DNA from: an uncultured delta proteobacterium
Lineage (GTDB): Bacteria > Desulfobacterota > Zymogenia > Zymogenales > Zymogenaceae
Length of the DNA: 64,000 bases
Reading direction: 5' to 3'
Assembly (NCBI GenBank): GCA_963735595.1
Contig: CAVTLK010000005.1
Span: 704,001-768,000, forward strand
In this document: positions 31,779 to 42,094 of the stretch, piece by piece
How positions within the stretch are numbered: position 1 is the stretch's first letter
Layout of the letters: each line of letters starts with the position of its first letter
Notes under the pieces: generated by a model
Seen by the model: only the letters and a program-made list of their open reading frames with translations
What the model was told of the DNA's origin: nothing
Databases searched by the model: none
Position numbers and translations under genes: made by a program

Positions 31779-31927
31779 AAGTTCCGTTTTATGCATCCGG
31801 ACTACCTGTACTGTGACCCTTGGGTCGCCCGGATGGTTAGATGTCGTGGATTGAATGAAGTTACCGTAGCGAAACAAGTTAAGGAGGCATCGACATACCA
31901 AACGGCCCAAGAGCTGGAATATTTCTT

Positions 31928-31957
31928 TTGACAGGAAGCTGACGGGGAACCTATAAT
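31928..31957 (+). promoter_or_regulatory. Consensus sigma70 promoter
   Basis: TTGACA-18bp-TATAAT. Confidence 0.75.
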
Positions 31958-31990
31958 ACTATCTAATTGTATTTATTGGGTGGTAACACA

Positions 31991-33433
31991 ATGAAACGGG
32001 CCATTACCATCTCGGTATGCGTAATCGCCATAGTCTCTGCGGCAGCCGGTATTTCTCCCGTTTACGCCTGGACCGAGCAGGGCTATCTTAAGGGTACGGG
32101 GGATTCGTCTTCCTTCACGATTACAAGCCCCGGTCCAACGACCGATTTCACGGTTTTCTACCCGAAGGGATCGGTTGATTTCTGGGTCAGTACTGTTGAT
32201 CAGTCGGGTACCGTCAGCAGATACGACCTGGACAATTGGGACTCGATTCGGTTAACCGGCGCGGGTCTCTTCACGGTTACCGTCTATTCGAGGAGCGGTG
32301 CGGGCAACTGGACCGTCGAGTTAGATCTTGCTACCTCCCCGCCGGTGTCCTCACCTACCGACGCCGTTCCTGTGCCACCTTCCACCCCGCTTTCCAGCAA
32401 TCCTTCGCCCAAATCCGGTGAGGTTACCATCAACGGCAGGCTTGCGGGACCGGGGGATACCCATGTCTTTCGGATCCCGACCGAATCGAGCTATGTCGAA
32501 GTGGCTTTCTATTATCCGAAAGAGACCATGTCTCTCTCGGTCAGGGTGGTGGCCGATGATAAACGGACGGTGCTTGGTCAGTATGACCTTGATAAAGGTG
32601 AAATAATCGAGCTCTATGGCGGGGGCAATTTCTATCTAACCGTCTACTCCACGAGGGGTTCGGGAGGATTTATGGCGAGGTTCAATCCTGCGGGGTCTCC
32701 TATCCCCCAAACCTATATTATTGCCGAGGGCGATCTTAAAGGAGGAACTGATAAACAAGAGTTTCCATTTGATGCTAAGACCGATGGGATCAGCATTTAT
32801 TTCGACAGCCCGGCAAGAAGTGCGGATATCTGGGTAAAAGTAATTGCTGAAGATGGGAAGAGGATTCTGGGTGATTTCGATCTGAAGAACGAAAAGATCA
32901 TTGACCTGAACAAGAAAGGAAAATATCTGATAACCGTCTACTCGCGGAGTGGTGCCGGTTCGTTCACCGCTTTCTATTTCGGCGGCCCGCCAGCCGAGAC
33001 CGTAGCACTCGGCACAAGCCCGTCCGAAGGAGAAAGCCCGGCGGTGCCCCTGGCGCCGAAGTTCCCACCCTTCCCTGACAAAGCAAAGCTTCCTTACGGT
33101 ACGAGTCTTGAAACGGGTTATCTTTCCGGTCCCGGCGAATTCAGAACGTTCATTATCAACGCTAAAATCGATTATGTTGAAGTTACCTTTAGCTATCCGA
33201 AGGGGACGGCTGATTTTTGGGTCAGGGTCATTGGCGAAGACGGCATCGAGGTTTTAGGTGACTTCGACCTTGATAACGGAGAAATCATTCAGCTTATGGG
33301 TGCGGGGACTTTCTACCTGAAGGTCTATTCAAAGGAAGGTGCGGGCAATTGGAGCGCCGTCTACCGTGAGGGAACCGGTGATCCCTATAGTGCTCCTAAC
33401 GGGATTTCCAACCGCCCCCGGTATAGTTACTAA
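31991..33433 (+). CDS. Secreted protein with four repeated beta-sandwich (PPC-like) domains
   Basis: Signal peptide; four copies of G.L.G...YPK..DFWV.V...G.(Y/F)DLD....I.L.G.G.F..VYS.(S/E)G.G.(W/F); Pro-rich linkers. Confidence 0.7.
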   Translation: MKRAITISVCVIAIVSAAAGISPVYAWTEQGYLKGTGDSSSFTITSPGPTTDFTVFYPKGSVDFWVSTVDQSGTVSRYDLDNWDSIRLTGAGLFTVTVYSRSGAGNWTVELDLATSPPVSSPTDAVPVPPSTPLSSNPSPKSGEVTINGRLAGPGDTHVFRIPTESSYVEVAFYYPKETMSLSVRVVADDKRTVLGQYDLDKGEIIELYGGGNFYLTVYSTRGSGGFMARFNPAGSPIPQTYIIAEGDLKGGTDKQEFPFDAKTDGISIYFDSPARSADIWVKVIAEDGKRILGDFDLKNEKIIDLNKKGKYLITVYSRSGAGSFTAFYFGGPPAETVALGTSPSEGESPAVPLAPKFPPFPDKAKLPYGTSLETGYLSGPGEFRTFIINAKIDYVEVTFSYPKGTADFWVRVIGEDGIEVLGDFDLDNGEIIQLMGAGTFYLKVYSKEGAGNWSAVYREGTGDPYSAPNGISNRPRYSY

Positions 33434-33711
33434 ACATATCGATAGCTTTTCATCCCGAACTTTATGCAATCGTTGCTATATCACCCCCTAAGCTGGTTTC
33501 TTGTGCTGGTCGTTAAATTTCGCTGGGCAGGGGCGGGCCTGCCTGTCGAATGCCCTACGTTACGGTGAAAGTGATAAGAGTAGCGGGCGGCTGGAGGAGA
33601 TAGTAGATCTCCCTCAAAATAGGAACACACAATAACAACTGAGTTTATTTCCAGGACGATAAGAATGATCTAACGGCATTGTATAGTCGTTGGTAGAGCT
33701 GCTTATTATTT

Positions 33712-33743
33712 GGGCGGAGGAAATACTTACTCCGCCCCTTTTT
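33712..33743 (+). terminator. Intrinsic terminator
   Basis: GGGCGGAG...CTCCGCCC followed by CTTTTT. Confidence 0.65.
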
Positions 33744-33788
33744 ATGTTTCTTCCGGCCACACCCTCCCTTTTTGTCGATATTCGCAAT

Positions 33789-33826
33789 TCATATTATTCA
33801 TCTCAACATGCTTCGCGTGACATAAT
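33789..33826 (+). promoter_or_regulatory. Putative late promoter of the tail/lysis module
   Basis: TCATATTATTCATCT-17bp-CATAAT. Confidence 0.65.
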
Positions 33827-34006
33827 CATTACCAGATATGAAGGGCAGTCGGCCCAAGATTACGTGCACCTCTCCTGATTTCCGCAGATACGTGAAGGAA
33901 AAGAGGGGATGGGCGTTGGAGGTCACGATAATCGTGGGTTATAAAGCCTGGGAGAAGGGGATTATTTCCCTTCTCCCGGGCCAATAGAAATGAGGAGGAG
34001 GGGCCC

Positions 34007-34348
34007 ATGCCGGCGTTACTTGATCGATCCATGATTGATATCGCATCCCATATCATTGATTTTCTTGGAGATAACATGGTATTTCAGCGACATACCGAAA
34101 GTGCATGGGAAGAATTAGGGCCGGCCGTTAAAGTATACCTACAGCCTCGGGACTCCTTATATCAAAGGTCTTTTCGGGGGAATGAAAACTCAATTGATTT
34201 TACCGGATTTGCGGCGGTAGCTGCTGATATTCGAAAAGGTGATCGAATAACAATCAACGATGAGTACTTTATTGTTGACCTCCTTGAGAATCGGGACACG
34301 CACCTTGAATTCCGCCTCAGGCAAACCGATGAAATCCGGGACACATAA
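34007..34348 (+). CDS. Putative head closure / head-tail adaptor protein
   Basis: 113 aa; DIRKGDRI.I....F.V pattern typical of SPP1 gp16/FII-like proteins. Confidence 0.6.
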   Translation: MPALLDRSMIDIASHIIDFLGDNMVFQRHTESAWEELGPAVKVYLQPRDSLYQRSFRGNENSIDFTGFAAVAADIRKGDRITINDEYFIVDLLENRDTHLEFRLRQTDEIRDT

Positions 34349-34386
34349 TCGACCTTAAGGTATGATGTTTATGTGGGGTTCCAGAA

Positions 34387-34836
34387 ATGCTGGTTTTTGG
34401 AAGCGAAATCCAGGAGCTGATATACGGAATATTGACCGGAGACGCTGTCCTCTTAACGTATCTGGGAGGGGACGAGATCGATAGACGGATTAGTCTCTCG
34501 TTGAGTGATTCAAACGTGCGGAAAATAAGCACGACTAAACCGGCTTATATCGTGGTAGAGACGATGCCTGCCCCCGCGCCGGTCCTCCTTGGTTCCGCAA
34601 TTGAAGAAAGGACGGAGCGGTATTGCCTGCACATATTCACCAAGCCCGAGGCCCGGGATCTGAGGGCGGCAATTGAGGGTAGGCTTCGAGGGCTGTTACA
34701 TAGGAAGAGCTTCCTTACGGCCAGGCTTATTGTTTATAACGTCTTCGAGGGTGTAAGAGAGGGTGTGATTACCGGGGCAGGCCTCTTTGACTATAGGTAT
34801 GGAATATCTTTTCAGTTCTTGCCGAAGGGCGATTAA
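34387..34836 (+). CDS. Putative tail terminator/completion protein
   Basis: IQ.LIY..L..DA.L..YLG...PAYIV; directly upstream of the tube gene. Confidence 0.6.
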   Translation: MLVFGSEIQELIYGILTGDAVLLTYLGGDEIDRRISLSLSDSNVRKISTTKPAYIVVETMPAPAPVLLGSAIEERTERYCLHIFTKPEARDLRAAIEGRLRGLLHRKSFLTARLIVYNVFEGVREGVITGAGLFDYRYGISFQFLPKGD

Positions 34837-34860
34837 GGAATATGAAAAAGGAATAACCGT

Positions 34861-35628
34861 ATGGGAACGGAAAAACTCGATCGGTCCGCAGTAGGTACAA
34901 TTGAAATCAACGGCGGTTCCGGTTGGCAAGTCCTTGGGATCATCAGAGAAGAAACCGTACGCGTTAACGGGGAAGAGATCACCCATTTTGACGCTTCTGA
35001 ACATCCGCGAGGTGTTGATAAAACGGTCTTTGGTAACGTTGATGTGGAAATCGAGTTCACGTGGGAGGAGATCGCTGATATCAGCTTATGGATTATAGTA
35101 TTACACGGCGGGAGTCTAACTGCAACGACAGCTGGTATTCAAACGGTAGTGAATGAAGACTTGGTAATGATGGGGATAGACTGGATTACGCTTGCTCATG
35201 CAGCCGATTTTGCCTTTGATAGCTCAGTGAACGTTAGTAACCGGGAGGGTAGCGTTACTTATATCGAGGGGGAGGATTACTACCTGGACCGTAAAGGCGG
35301 GCATCTTAAACGGATCTCAAGTGGGTTAATCGGTGAGGGCCAGACGGTAGGTGTTGATTATACGTATAAAACCTATTCCGGCAAGTGCTTCAGGATCTTC
35401 GAAAATCCAGCGCCTACCGTTTCTACCTTTCGTCTCACTAAGCACTTGCTTAACGGAGATAATCTCCGGATAACCCATAGCAGGGTCAACTTCTCTTCTA
35501 CGACCGAACTCCCTCTGAAACCCGGGGAAGGTGGTTCGTGGGCGGGTGTGACAAGTAGAATCAGATTCCTAAAAGATATTGGTGGAGTTTACGGCGCATA
35601 CGGGCGTTGGGAAATCTACACGCCATAG
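34861..35628 (+). CDS. Major tail tube protein with inserted beta domain
   Basis: 255 aa; TY.EG.DY.LD...G.L.RI..G.I..G..V.VDYTY insertion seen in siphovirus tube proteins; synteny. Confidence 0.65.
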   Translation: MGTEKLDRSAVGTIEINGGSGWQVLGIIREETVRVNGEEITHFDASEHPRGVDKTVFGNVDVEIEFTWEEIADISLWIIVLHGGSLTATTAGIQTVVNEDLVMMGIDWITLAHAADFAFDSSVNVSNREGSVTYIEGEDYYLDRKGGHLKRISSGLIGEGQTVGVDYTYKTYSGKCFRIFENPAPTVSTFRLTKHLLNGDNLRITHSRVNFSSTTELPLKPGEGGSWAGVTSRIRFLKDIGGVYGAYGRWEIYTP

Positions 35629-35778
35629 CATATCCATTTTTCTAATTCATAGATTAAACTGCTATTAGCCTGCTATGTCATACTCTTATAAAAATAAGGA
35701 CATAGAGTCCAGGTATCACATGTGCAATGTGAACGTATTGATGACTTGCTACGATATCTGGGTGAGGAAGGAAGGTGA

Positions 35779-36171
35779 GTGGTGAGCTGTATTATTGGCG
35801 CAATAACTCTTGATAGTACCCCTCTTTGGGTTGACAGGAACCGACATAACGACTTAAGCGCTGAAACTGCTATAGCAATTGATGGTGCTGAAATTGTCCA
35901 ATCTCATAGCCGGGGAGAACATTACCCCATCACGCTTCAGTCTACCAAAGAGACGGGCTGGCTCAAGGGATCGACCGTGACATCTTTGAGGGCGTTATCT
36001 GCCGTTGCAAACGCCTACTATACACTGACGCTGAATTCAGGTTCATATACTGTACGTTTCAGGAATGAACAATCTGGCGGGGCGATACAGGTTGAAACGT
36101 TATTCCCGCATTCGAATCCGGGAGATGCGGATTGGTGGATCGGCACCATTTACCTAATGCGTACTGGATAG
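35779..36171 (+). CDS. Putative distal tail (Dit-like) protein
   Basis: L.W.D...AIDGA.IVQ...PITL...GWL...V..L.AL...TLTL...V.F pattern. Confidence 0.5.
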   Translation: MVSCIIGAITLDSTPLWVDRNRHNDLSAETAIAIDGAEIVQSHSRGEHYPITLQSTKETGWLKGSTVTSLRALSAVANAYYTLTLNSGSYTVRFRNEQSGGAIQVETLFPHSNPGDADWWIGTIYLMRTG

Positions 36172-36180
36172 GAGATATAG

Positions 36181-37650
36181 ATGAGTGCAGTCACAGGTCT
36201 TTTCAAATCATCGGTCGTGTCGGATGAAACCACTAACGGCGGGGTGCTTTCGAATAATGCCGTCGTGGACAACACCGCTGAAAACGTATTCCCACACGTC
36301 AACGAAGCGGACCGAACGGCGGGAATTACGAGATACCGGGACGTCTTGGTCAAGAAACTTTCCGGGACCCTGACGAACGCCAAGTTTATGATCGACCGCC
36401 TTTCGACTGCCGGAGATTATATCGTTATCACCCGTGCCGGTGATAGCCACACACAACTGACGGCTGATGACCTCGGATGGAATACCACCGTTACGTGGAC
36501 GCTTGCAACCCGCACAATCGTCTTGGGCGCGGCACGGGCGGAAGTTACACCGGGGACGCTCCTATTATTCACGACCGCTGCCGGGGCCTTCCGGGGCATT
36601 GCAACAGTGGCGACATGGACAAATACCACTACCATGACAATCTCCACTATGATACGCGGTTCCAATCCGGCTACTACAGACATAGTCTATACCTGGTACA
36701 CCGGATCGGGCGACCTCCATACGGCTCTCACCGGGGGGGTAGATACAACGGTTGTCGCAGATTTTGAGGTTACGGCCTGTATCCTGCCGGGTCAGTATGT
36801 TGCCCTCATAGACTGGGACGCCGCAACTCCACCGACGATTGAATACTGCCTTGTTACAGTAACTGCATGGGCCGGGACGGAGGGGACGCTCACCATCTCG
36901 CCCGCCTGCGTCTCAAATCACGCGGTCAAGACTCAGGGGACGGTAACCGGGACCGAAGATGAGAACTTCGACCTCGACGGGCTCACGCTGGTAATCAAGG
37001 TCAACGGGGGGGATTCCCAGACCGTTACATTCTCATCTGACGGAATGACGGCGGCCCAGGTTGCCACGGCGATAAATAGCGGAACGACCGGATGTACGGC
37101 GGCGGCCTCCGGCACAAAGGTCGAGATCGTGACCGACGACTACTATGCCGAAAACTCGATACAGGTACTTTCCGATTCAACAGGAGATACGGAGCTTGGC
37201 CTTGATAACTCCGTACATAACGGGACGACGGGTACGGTAGTTGCCGGGGTGTTGGAACTCGGGACTATCGCGGCCTCTCATAGTACCCCGGTAAAGACCT
37301 CGCCACTCGGGACGTTCACGGACAATATCGTCAACTACGACCTCGGGGCCTGCTACGATACCATTACCGTGACCTTCTCATCGGCAACGGCCTTCACGGT
37401 CGCGGGGGCGGCAGAGGGGTCTTTGGGAGCCGGGACGATAAGCACCGTCTTTAAACCGGCGCACTGGGGCTCGTACTACTTTGAGATCCCGACATCATGC
37501 TGGGGCGGGACGTGGGCCAACGGGGATACGCTGGTATTCATCACCTATCCCTCGGCAGAGGCGATCTGGATGAAAGAGGTCGTGCCAGCTTCTACGGCGG
37601 CTTACTCGGGGAATAAGTGTAGCTTCACTCTCGATGCGGAAACGGCCTGA
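36181..37650 (+). CDS. Phage tail/baseplate structural protein (Thr-rich)
   Basis: KS..VSD...NGG.LS...VVD...NVFP.V...DR.AG..RYR N-terminus; beta-rich. Confidence 0.6.
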   Translation: MSAVTGLFKSSVVSDETTNGGVLSNNAVVDNTAENVFPHVNEADRTAGITRYRDVLVKKLSGTLTNAKFMIDRLSTAGDYIVITRAGDSHTQLTADDLGWNTTVTWTLATRTIVLGAARAEVTPGTLLLFTTAAGAFRGIATVATWTNTTTMTISTMIRGSNPATTDIVYTWYTGSGDLHTALTGGVDTTVVADFEVTACILPGQYVALIDWDAATPPTIEYCLVTVTAWAGTEGTLTISPACVSNHAVKTQGTVTGTEDENFDLDGLTLVIKVNGGDSQTVTFSSDGMTAAQVATAINSGTTGCTAAASGTKVEIVTDDYYAENSIQVLSDSTGDTELGLDNSVHNGTTGTVVAGVLELGTIAASHSTPVKTSPLGTFTDNIVNYDLGACYDTITVTFSSATAFTVAGAAEGSLGAGTISTVFKPAHWGSYYFEIPTSCWGGTWANGDTLVFITYPSAEAIWMKEVVPASTAAYSGNKCSFTLDAETA

Positions 37651-38144
37651 TGCCCGACGACGTAATCTACATGACCCCACTCCCCGAGAATGAGGGGGTG
37701 ATACTACATGGAACCACTCGCGGCGCTTACGGGTGAGATCTATATGGACAAGAAAATCATATTAACCGGAGGCGGCACCGGTGACGAGGAAGCAGATATC
37801 ACATGGACGTATATGGGGGAGGGTGCTTTTTGGGGCGGTCTTTTCGCATCACCCTTATGGAATTCTACTCCTGGCGATTTTTCAAGTGCTACGTCATCGC
37901 ATCCAGTCGTGTATTATTCGGGATGGAAATATATAAGATTCATAGCATATACCGGGACTCTATGAATAACCACTGGCAAATAGTTCTGGAGATTCGGTTT
38001 ATACGTTTTCATTCAAGAGCAGTAACGATTTCGGTTCAGTGGGCGACACTATATCTCTTGGGCCATCCGGCGCATTTCTGTTGGGATATTATGACCCGAG
38101 TACTGCCGGGTGTTCGGGAGGGCTCGGATACAGATGGTATTTAG
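37650..38144 (+). CDS. Small tail-tip protein, frameshifted
   Basis: TGATG coupling; 12-aa IYM repeat restored by removing one base near 37704; end uncertain. Confidence 0.4.
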
Positions 38145-38151
38145 GTAAATA

Positions 38152-40926
38152 ATGGGCTTTTTTGTAAAAGAGTATTTCAATCTACCTGACGGATATTTTC
38201 AGGAAAGTATCAATACTGCAGTGGCGGGCAGCGGCTCCGTCTATCAGGACGGGACATACGGATATATCCAGACATCGGCGAATGCCGATGCGGCCATTAT
38301 CGTATCTGACGAATCCCTTTCCGCTGCCGAGTTTTTCAATAAGGCCATTACGTTTTCACTATCCTATCAACTGACCTCACTGCCGGACGGAGACTCCCTG
38401 AGTCTGATGCAAGATAGTAAACAGCGCTACACAAGCCGGAGATCGATACGCTCGGTAATTACCAGTTACTATTGCAGACTGACCCGGACGGGAGCGACGT
38501 ATTACGAACGGTGGTACTACTACGACGCATCGGCGACCCTGCGCACGTATGACGGCGCGCACGAATGCGTGGACGACGACGACGACCAATAACGTCAGAA
38601 CGATTAACCTTTCGACAACTTATACTCTGACAATAACATGGAATCCCGTAACGCCGCACGTTTACGTTTCGCACATGACGGCGCAGAATCGGCGGTATCA
38701 AATGCTATAAGATTCGAGAATAACCCGTGGTGGTGGTTTATCGGTGATGATGAGACGGCAAACAATTATGGGGTATTGCGATTAGATCATATCTACGTCA
38801 CGGATATCAGCACCCGCAACCGCTTCACCATCCGCAACAGCCTCACGAAAGCCTACAAGAAATCACCGATCCTGACGATCATCAATAACCTGACGACGCG
38901 GCACAGGGATTCGTTCACCCTCAAGAACTCTATCCTCGACCATGAGCCATACCGTAATAACTTCACCGCCCTCAATAACATCGGCGTCGAGGGGCAACTT
39001 ATCTATCTCGACGGATCGTGGCAGACGGTAAACATCAAGGGTAAGCAGCTTTCCAATCGGGCCACGGTGGCGATCGACGGCGCGGACGTATCCAGCAAGG
39101 TCACGGATTGGTCTATCGACTATGACGACCAGACGCTATGTAAGACCGTTTCCGTAACCGTGAAAGATCGGGCATACGCGCAGTCTATCCAGACCAGGAA
39201 GTATTCAGATTCAGACTTCGATACCGCCCGGATAGAGATCATAGGATGTAGACGGGTATTCCCTCGGTGAGTTCCTGATCGAGAACAAATCCGAGAACGC
39301 CGCGCACAAATCTTATTCCTGCACCCTCTCGGGCAGGTCCATGACTGCCTTACTGGATATCCCGTTTTCCGAAAGACTCCAGACGCTTTATGACGAGGCC
39401 ACGAGCAAATCGGCGGTAGTCGGCGACCTCGCCGGGATAAGAGCCTGACCGTACAGTGGGGGATCCCCGACTCCGTACTTCCTATCGGGGCGCTGGCCTG
39501 TGACGACGAACCCCCTATTTCTGTCATCAAGAAGATCGTCGAGGCCGGGGGGGGACTGGTCTATACCGACCGATCCGATAACCTCGTATGCGCCTACAAG
39601 GACTATGAGACTGCCGGAAAGTCCCCGGTGATGTCCATTTCCTCCGGCGATATCGTGTCCATCTCTCAATCCCGGATGGTCCCGAACGGAGAAAATCAGG
39701 TCACGGTAGAGGGGTTCATAGACACCTCGATTACCGACGGGTGGGCACAGATCAGCATAGAAGCATCGAAGTACAAACTCAAATCCAACGGCTTTGACTC
39801 CGGTACAGTAACCGCGACCTGCCGGAACGAGGACCAGACGATACCCGATGTGGAGTTGCAGACCGACGAAGAACAGACCCCCGCGACCAACGACCACTAC
39901 GAAATATCCGTTACTTACATGATTGATAAGGACGCGGGCGGTGTCGTCTCGATCGTCAAGCAGTCAGACTCGTCCCTTGTCGCCGGTCCCTATGAAGTCA
40001 TCGACGCCCGTACGATCCGCGTTGGAACCGCGATGGCTGACACGACCTACCTTGTCACCTACTACGGGGGCAACACCGTCACCTTTTCGGTAGACGCTAA
40101 CGCCGATATCTCACCTACTGAAGTATTGGTCAAGAACGGGCGGGCCGAGGCGACGCTGCGGGCCTCATCGGGGGGAGGGGGGTACGCCGTTGTTTCCGCT
40201 GATTACCTCGACGCCCAGACCGCCCAGCTCACCGTCACGATAGCAGATCCACGGGTGGGGCAGGTGGACGTGAGCGCCGATCCTTCCTCTATATCAATCG
40301 GCGAGACCTCGACGGTCAAGATACAGGTGCTTGATTCCGACGGATACCCCGCCGACAACGGGTTGTATGTCGATATCTCGGTAATCGGACACGGACAGCT
40401 CATAGACTACGCCGGGGTGGTCACTCCGACAACGGCAACCACCACGACCGAATCCATCACCGACGGGGGGATTGAAAACGGGCAGTATAACCCGATCTAT
40501 CCCGTATCGGAAATCGAGGTATCCACGCAATACCAGATCAGCGCCTTGACCTCGATCTATCGGTATGAGAATGGCCTGCCGTATACTGATGTCAACTATG
40601 CGTCGGGGGCGACGGTGGACGGGAATACGATCACACTGGCAACGCCCCTGCCGAGTTCGGTTACGCCGATTCAGGTAACCTATGACTGTACCGGGATAGC
40701 GACATCGACGTTTTCCTATCCATCCTACCGGGAGATCCCGAAAACCTCCATCCAAAACCTCATCGTTGCGCAATGCGGGGGTGAGGTCGGGTCTACGTTC
40801 ATCACCATCGAAAGCCCGTATGGTGGGACGGGTGGGGGCGGTGGAGCGGGCGGTGGCGGGCCAATCAGTCCTCATTGGGTATATATAGATATCAAGGCAT
40901 CATCCGGCGGCAAATTCATACGGTAA
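38152..40926 (+). CDS. Central tail-tip/hub protein with Ig-like domains, broken by several frameshifts
   Basis: Consecutive same-strand fragments; GRSMTALLD.P and PISVI.KIV.A.GG.VYTD hub-like motifs; invasin/Ig-like V.ADP.SI..G.TSTV...VLD..G.P. Confidence 0.55.
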
Positions 40927-41505
40927 TGTCATACGGAACGGCAAAAGTGGTTTGGGCCCATCGACTAGAAGGCTCATCATATCGAATGACGCAAGCCAGG
41001 CTTCGATACGAGCGAGGCGGTGTGGGAAGACAAGACGGGCATGGGAAGCTTCCAGTGGTATGTTAACGAGGAACGTGCCAGTAGATATAGCATCTTGACA
41101 TTGAAGGTACATGGACTTGCGCGAGCTTCCGACAACAGGTTCCGACACTACGAACACGGACAACACAGGGAAGACCTACGTCTCGGGGTCGAGGATAGTC
41201 AAGAACGGGAACGACCATAGTGTTGTGATAGAACACGCCTACGTACTCTATCGCATGGGGAGAAGAGTACCGAGACGGGATACACCAATGTCAACGGCAT
41301 CCTGACGTTCTCAAAGGGACAGCCGGGCGTAACGGGGGTCGTGACACTGACTCATCCAGAATACGAAACTACCACGGCCTCGATCACCATACCGGGGAGC
41401 ATTACCAATTCAAATGTGACAAACGATGATTCCGATACAGGCGTCACGAAATGGTCCCCGATACAGGTAAAGGTCAAGATACCCTACTACTGGGAGAGTG
41501 TATGA
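40926..41505 (+). CDS. Tail-associated protein, frameshifted
   Basis: TAATG start coupling and ATGA end overlap; fragments in several frames. Confidence 0.4.
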
Positions 41506-41825
41506 TAAGCGTATCCTGCCACTACGGGGACGGTTCAAGACCGCTGGACGCGGTGACGGACAGCCTCATTATCACCGAGGCTGACGCGGTCAACCGGGGA
41601 TATGCGGAGCTCAACAAGGCATGGAAGATCGTCGATTCCTACACCGTCTCGATGCCGTATCCGGCAAACGGGTATCTCCTCGAAGTGGGAAAGCATATCA
41701 AGGTCACGTGTCCAGAAGTGGGACTTGTCAACCAGGTCTTATACATCCAGGGCGTATCGCTTTCCGGGAATGATAAAGGCACGAAGATCACGCTGACCCT
41801 CGAAAAGTACGAGGCGTTTGAATGA
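41502..41825 (+). CDS. Phage tail/baseplate hypothetical protein
   Basis: D.LI.TE..A..RG.AEL...P...LE.G..I.V pattern resembling the hub C-terminal domain. Confidence 0.5.
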   Translation: MISVSCHYGDGSRPLDAVTDSLIITEADAVNRGYAELNKAWKIVDSYTVSMPYPANGYLLEVGKHIKVTCPEVGLVNQVLYIQGVSLSGNDKGTKITLTLEKYEAFE

Positions 41826-42094
41826 GCCTGAAAACATACATTGCCCGAGCAGCGCGGGCCGCCCAGGTCAATAACTATGCCACGGGCAAGGTCATCTCGG
41901 TAGACAGTGATGGGCGGCATTTGGTGGAACTCACCAGCGGGCGACGGATCATGGTCTACTCGGCATCGGGTGTCAACTATACCACTGGTGACTATGTATC
42001 AATCAGGTATCTCTCCGGGGATAAGAGACAGGCGGAGATCGCGGGGAAAACTACAAAGATCGGAGCAACGACAACAAGGATGGTGTACCGATGA
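41822..42094 (+). CDS. Small OB-fold-like tail spike/baseplate protein
   Basis: GKV.SV..DG...VEL..G......Y..GD.V.I; ATGA overlaps. Confidence 0.5.
   Translation: MSLKTYIARAARAAQVNNYATGKVISVDSDGRHLVELTSGRRIMVYSASGVNYTTGDYVSIRYLSGDKRQAEIAGKTTKIGATTTRMVYR

Noticed and set aside
37650..41505. Diversity-generating retroelement or invertible tail-fibre cassette
   Set aside because: No reverse transcriptase, invertase, TR/VR pair or flanking inverted repeats found by eye.
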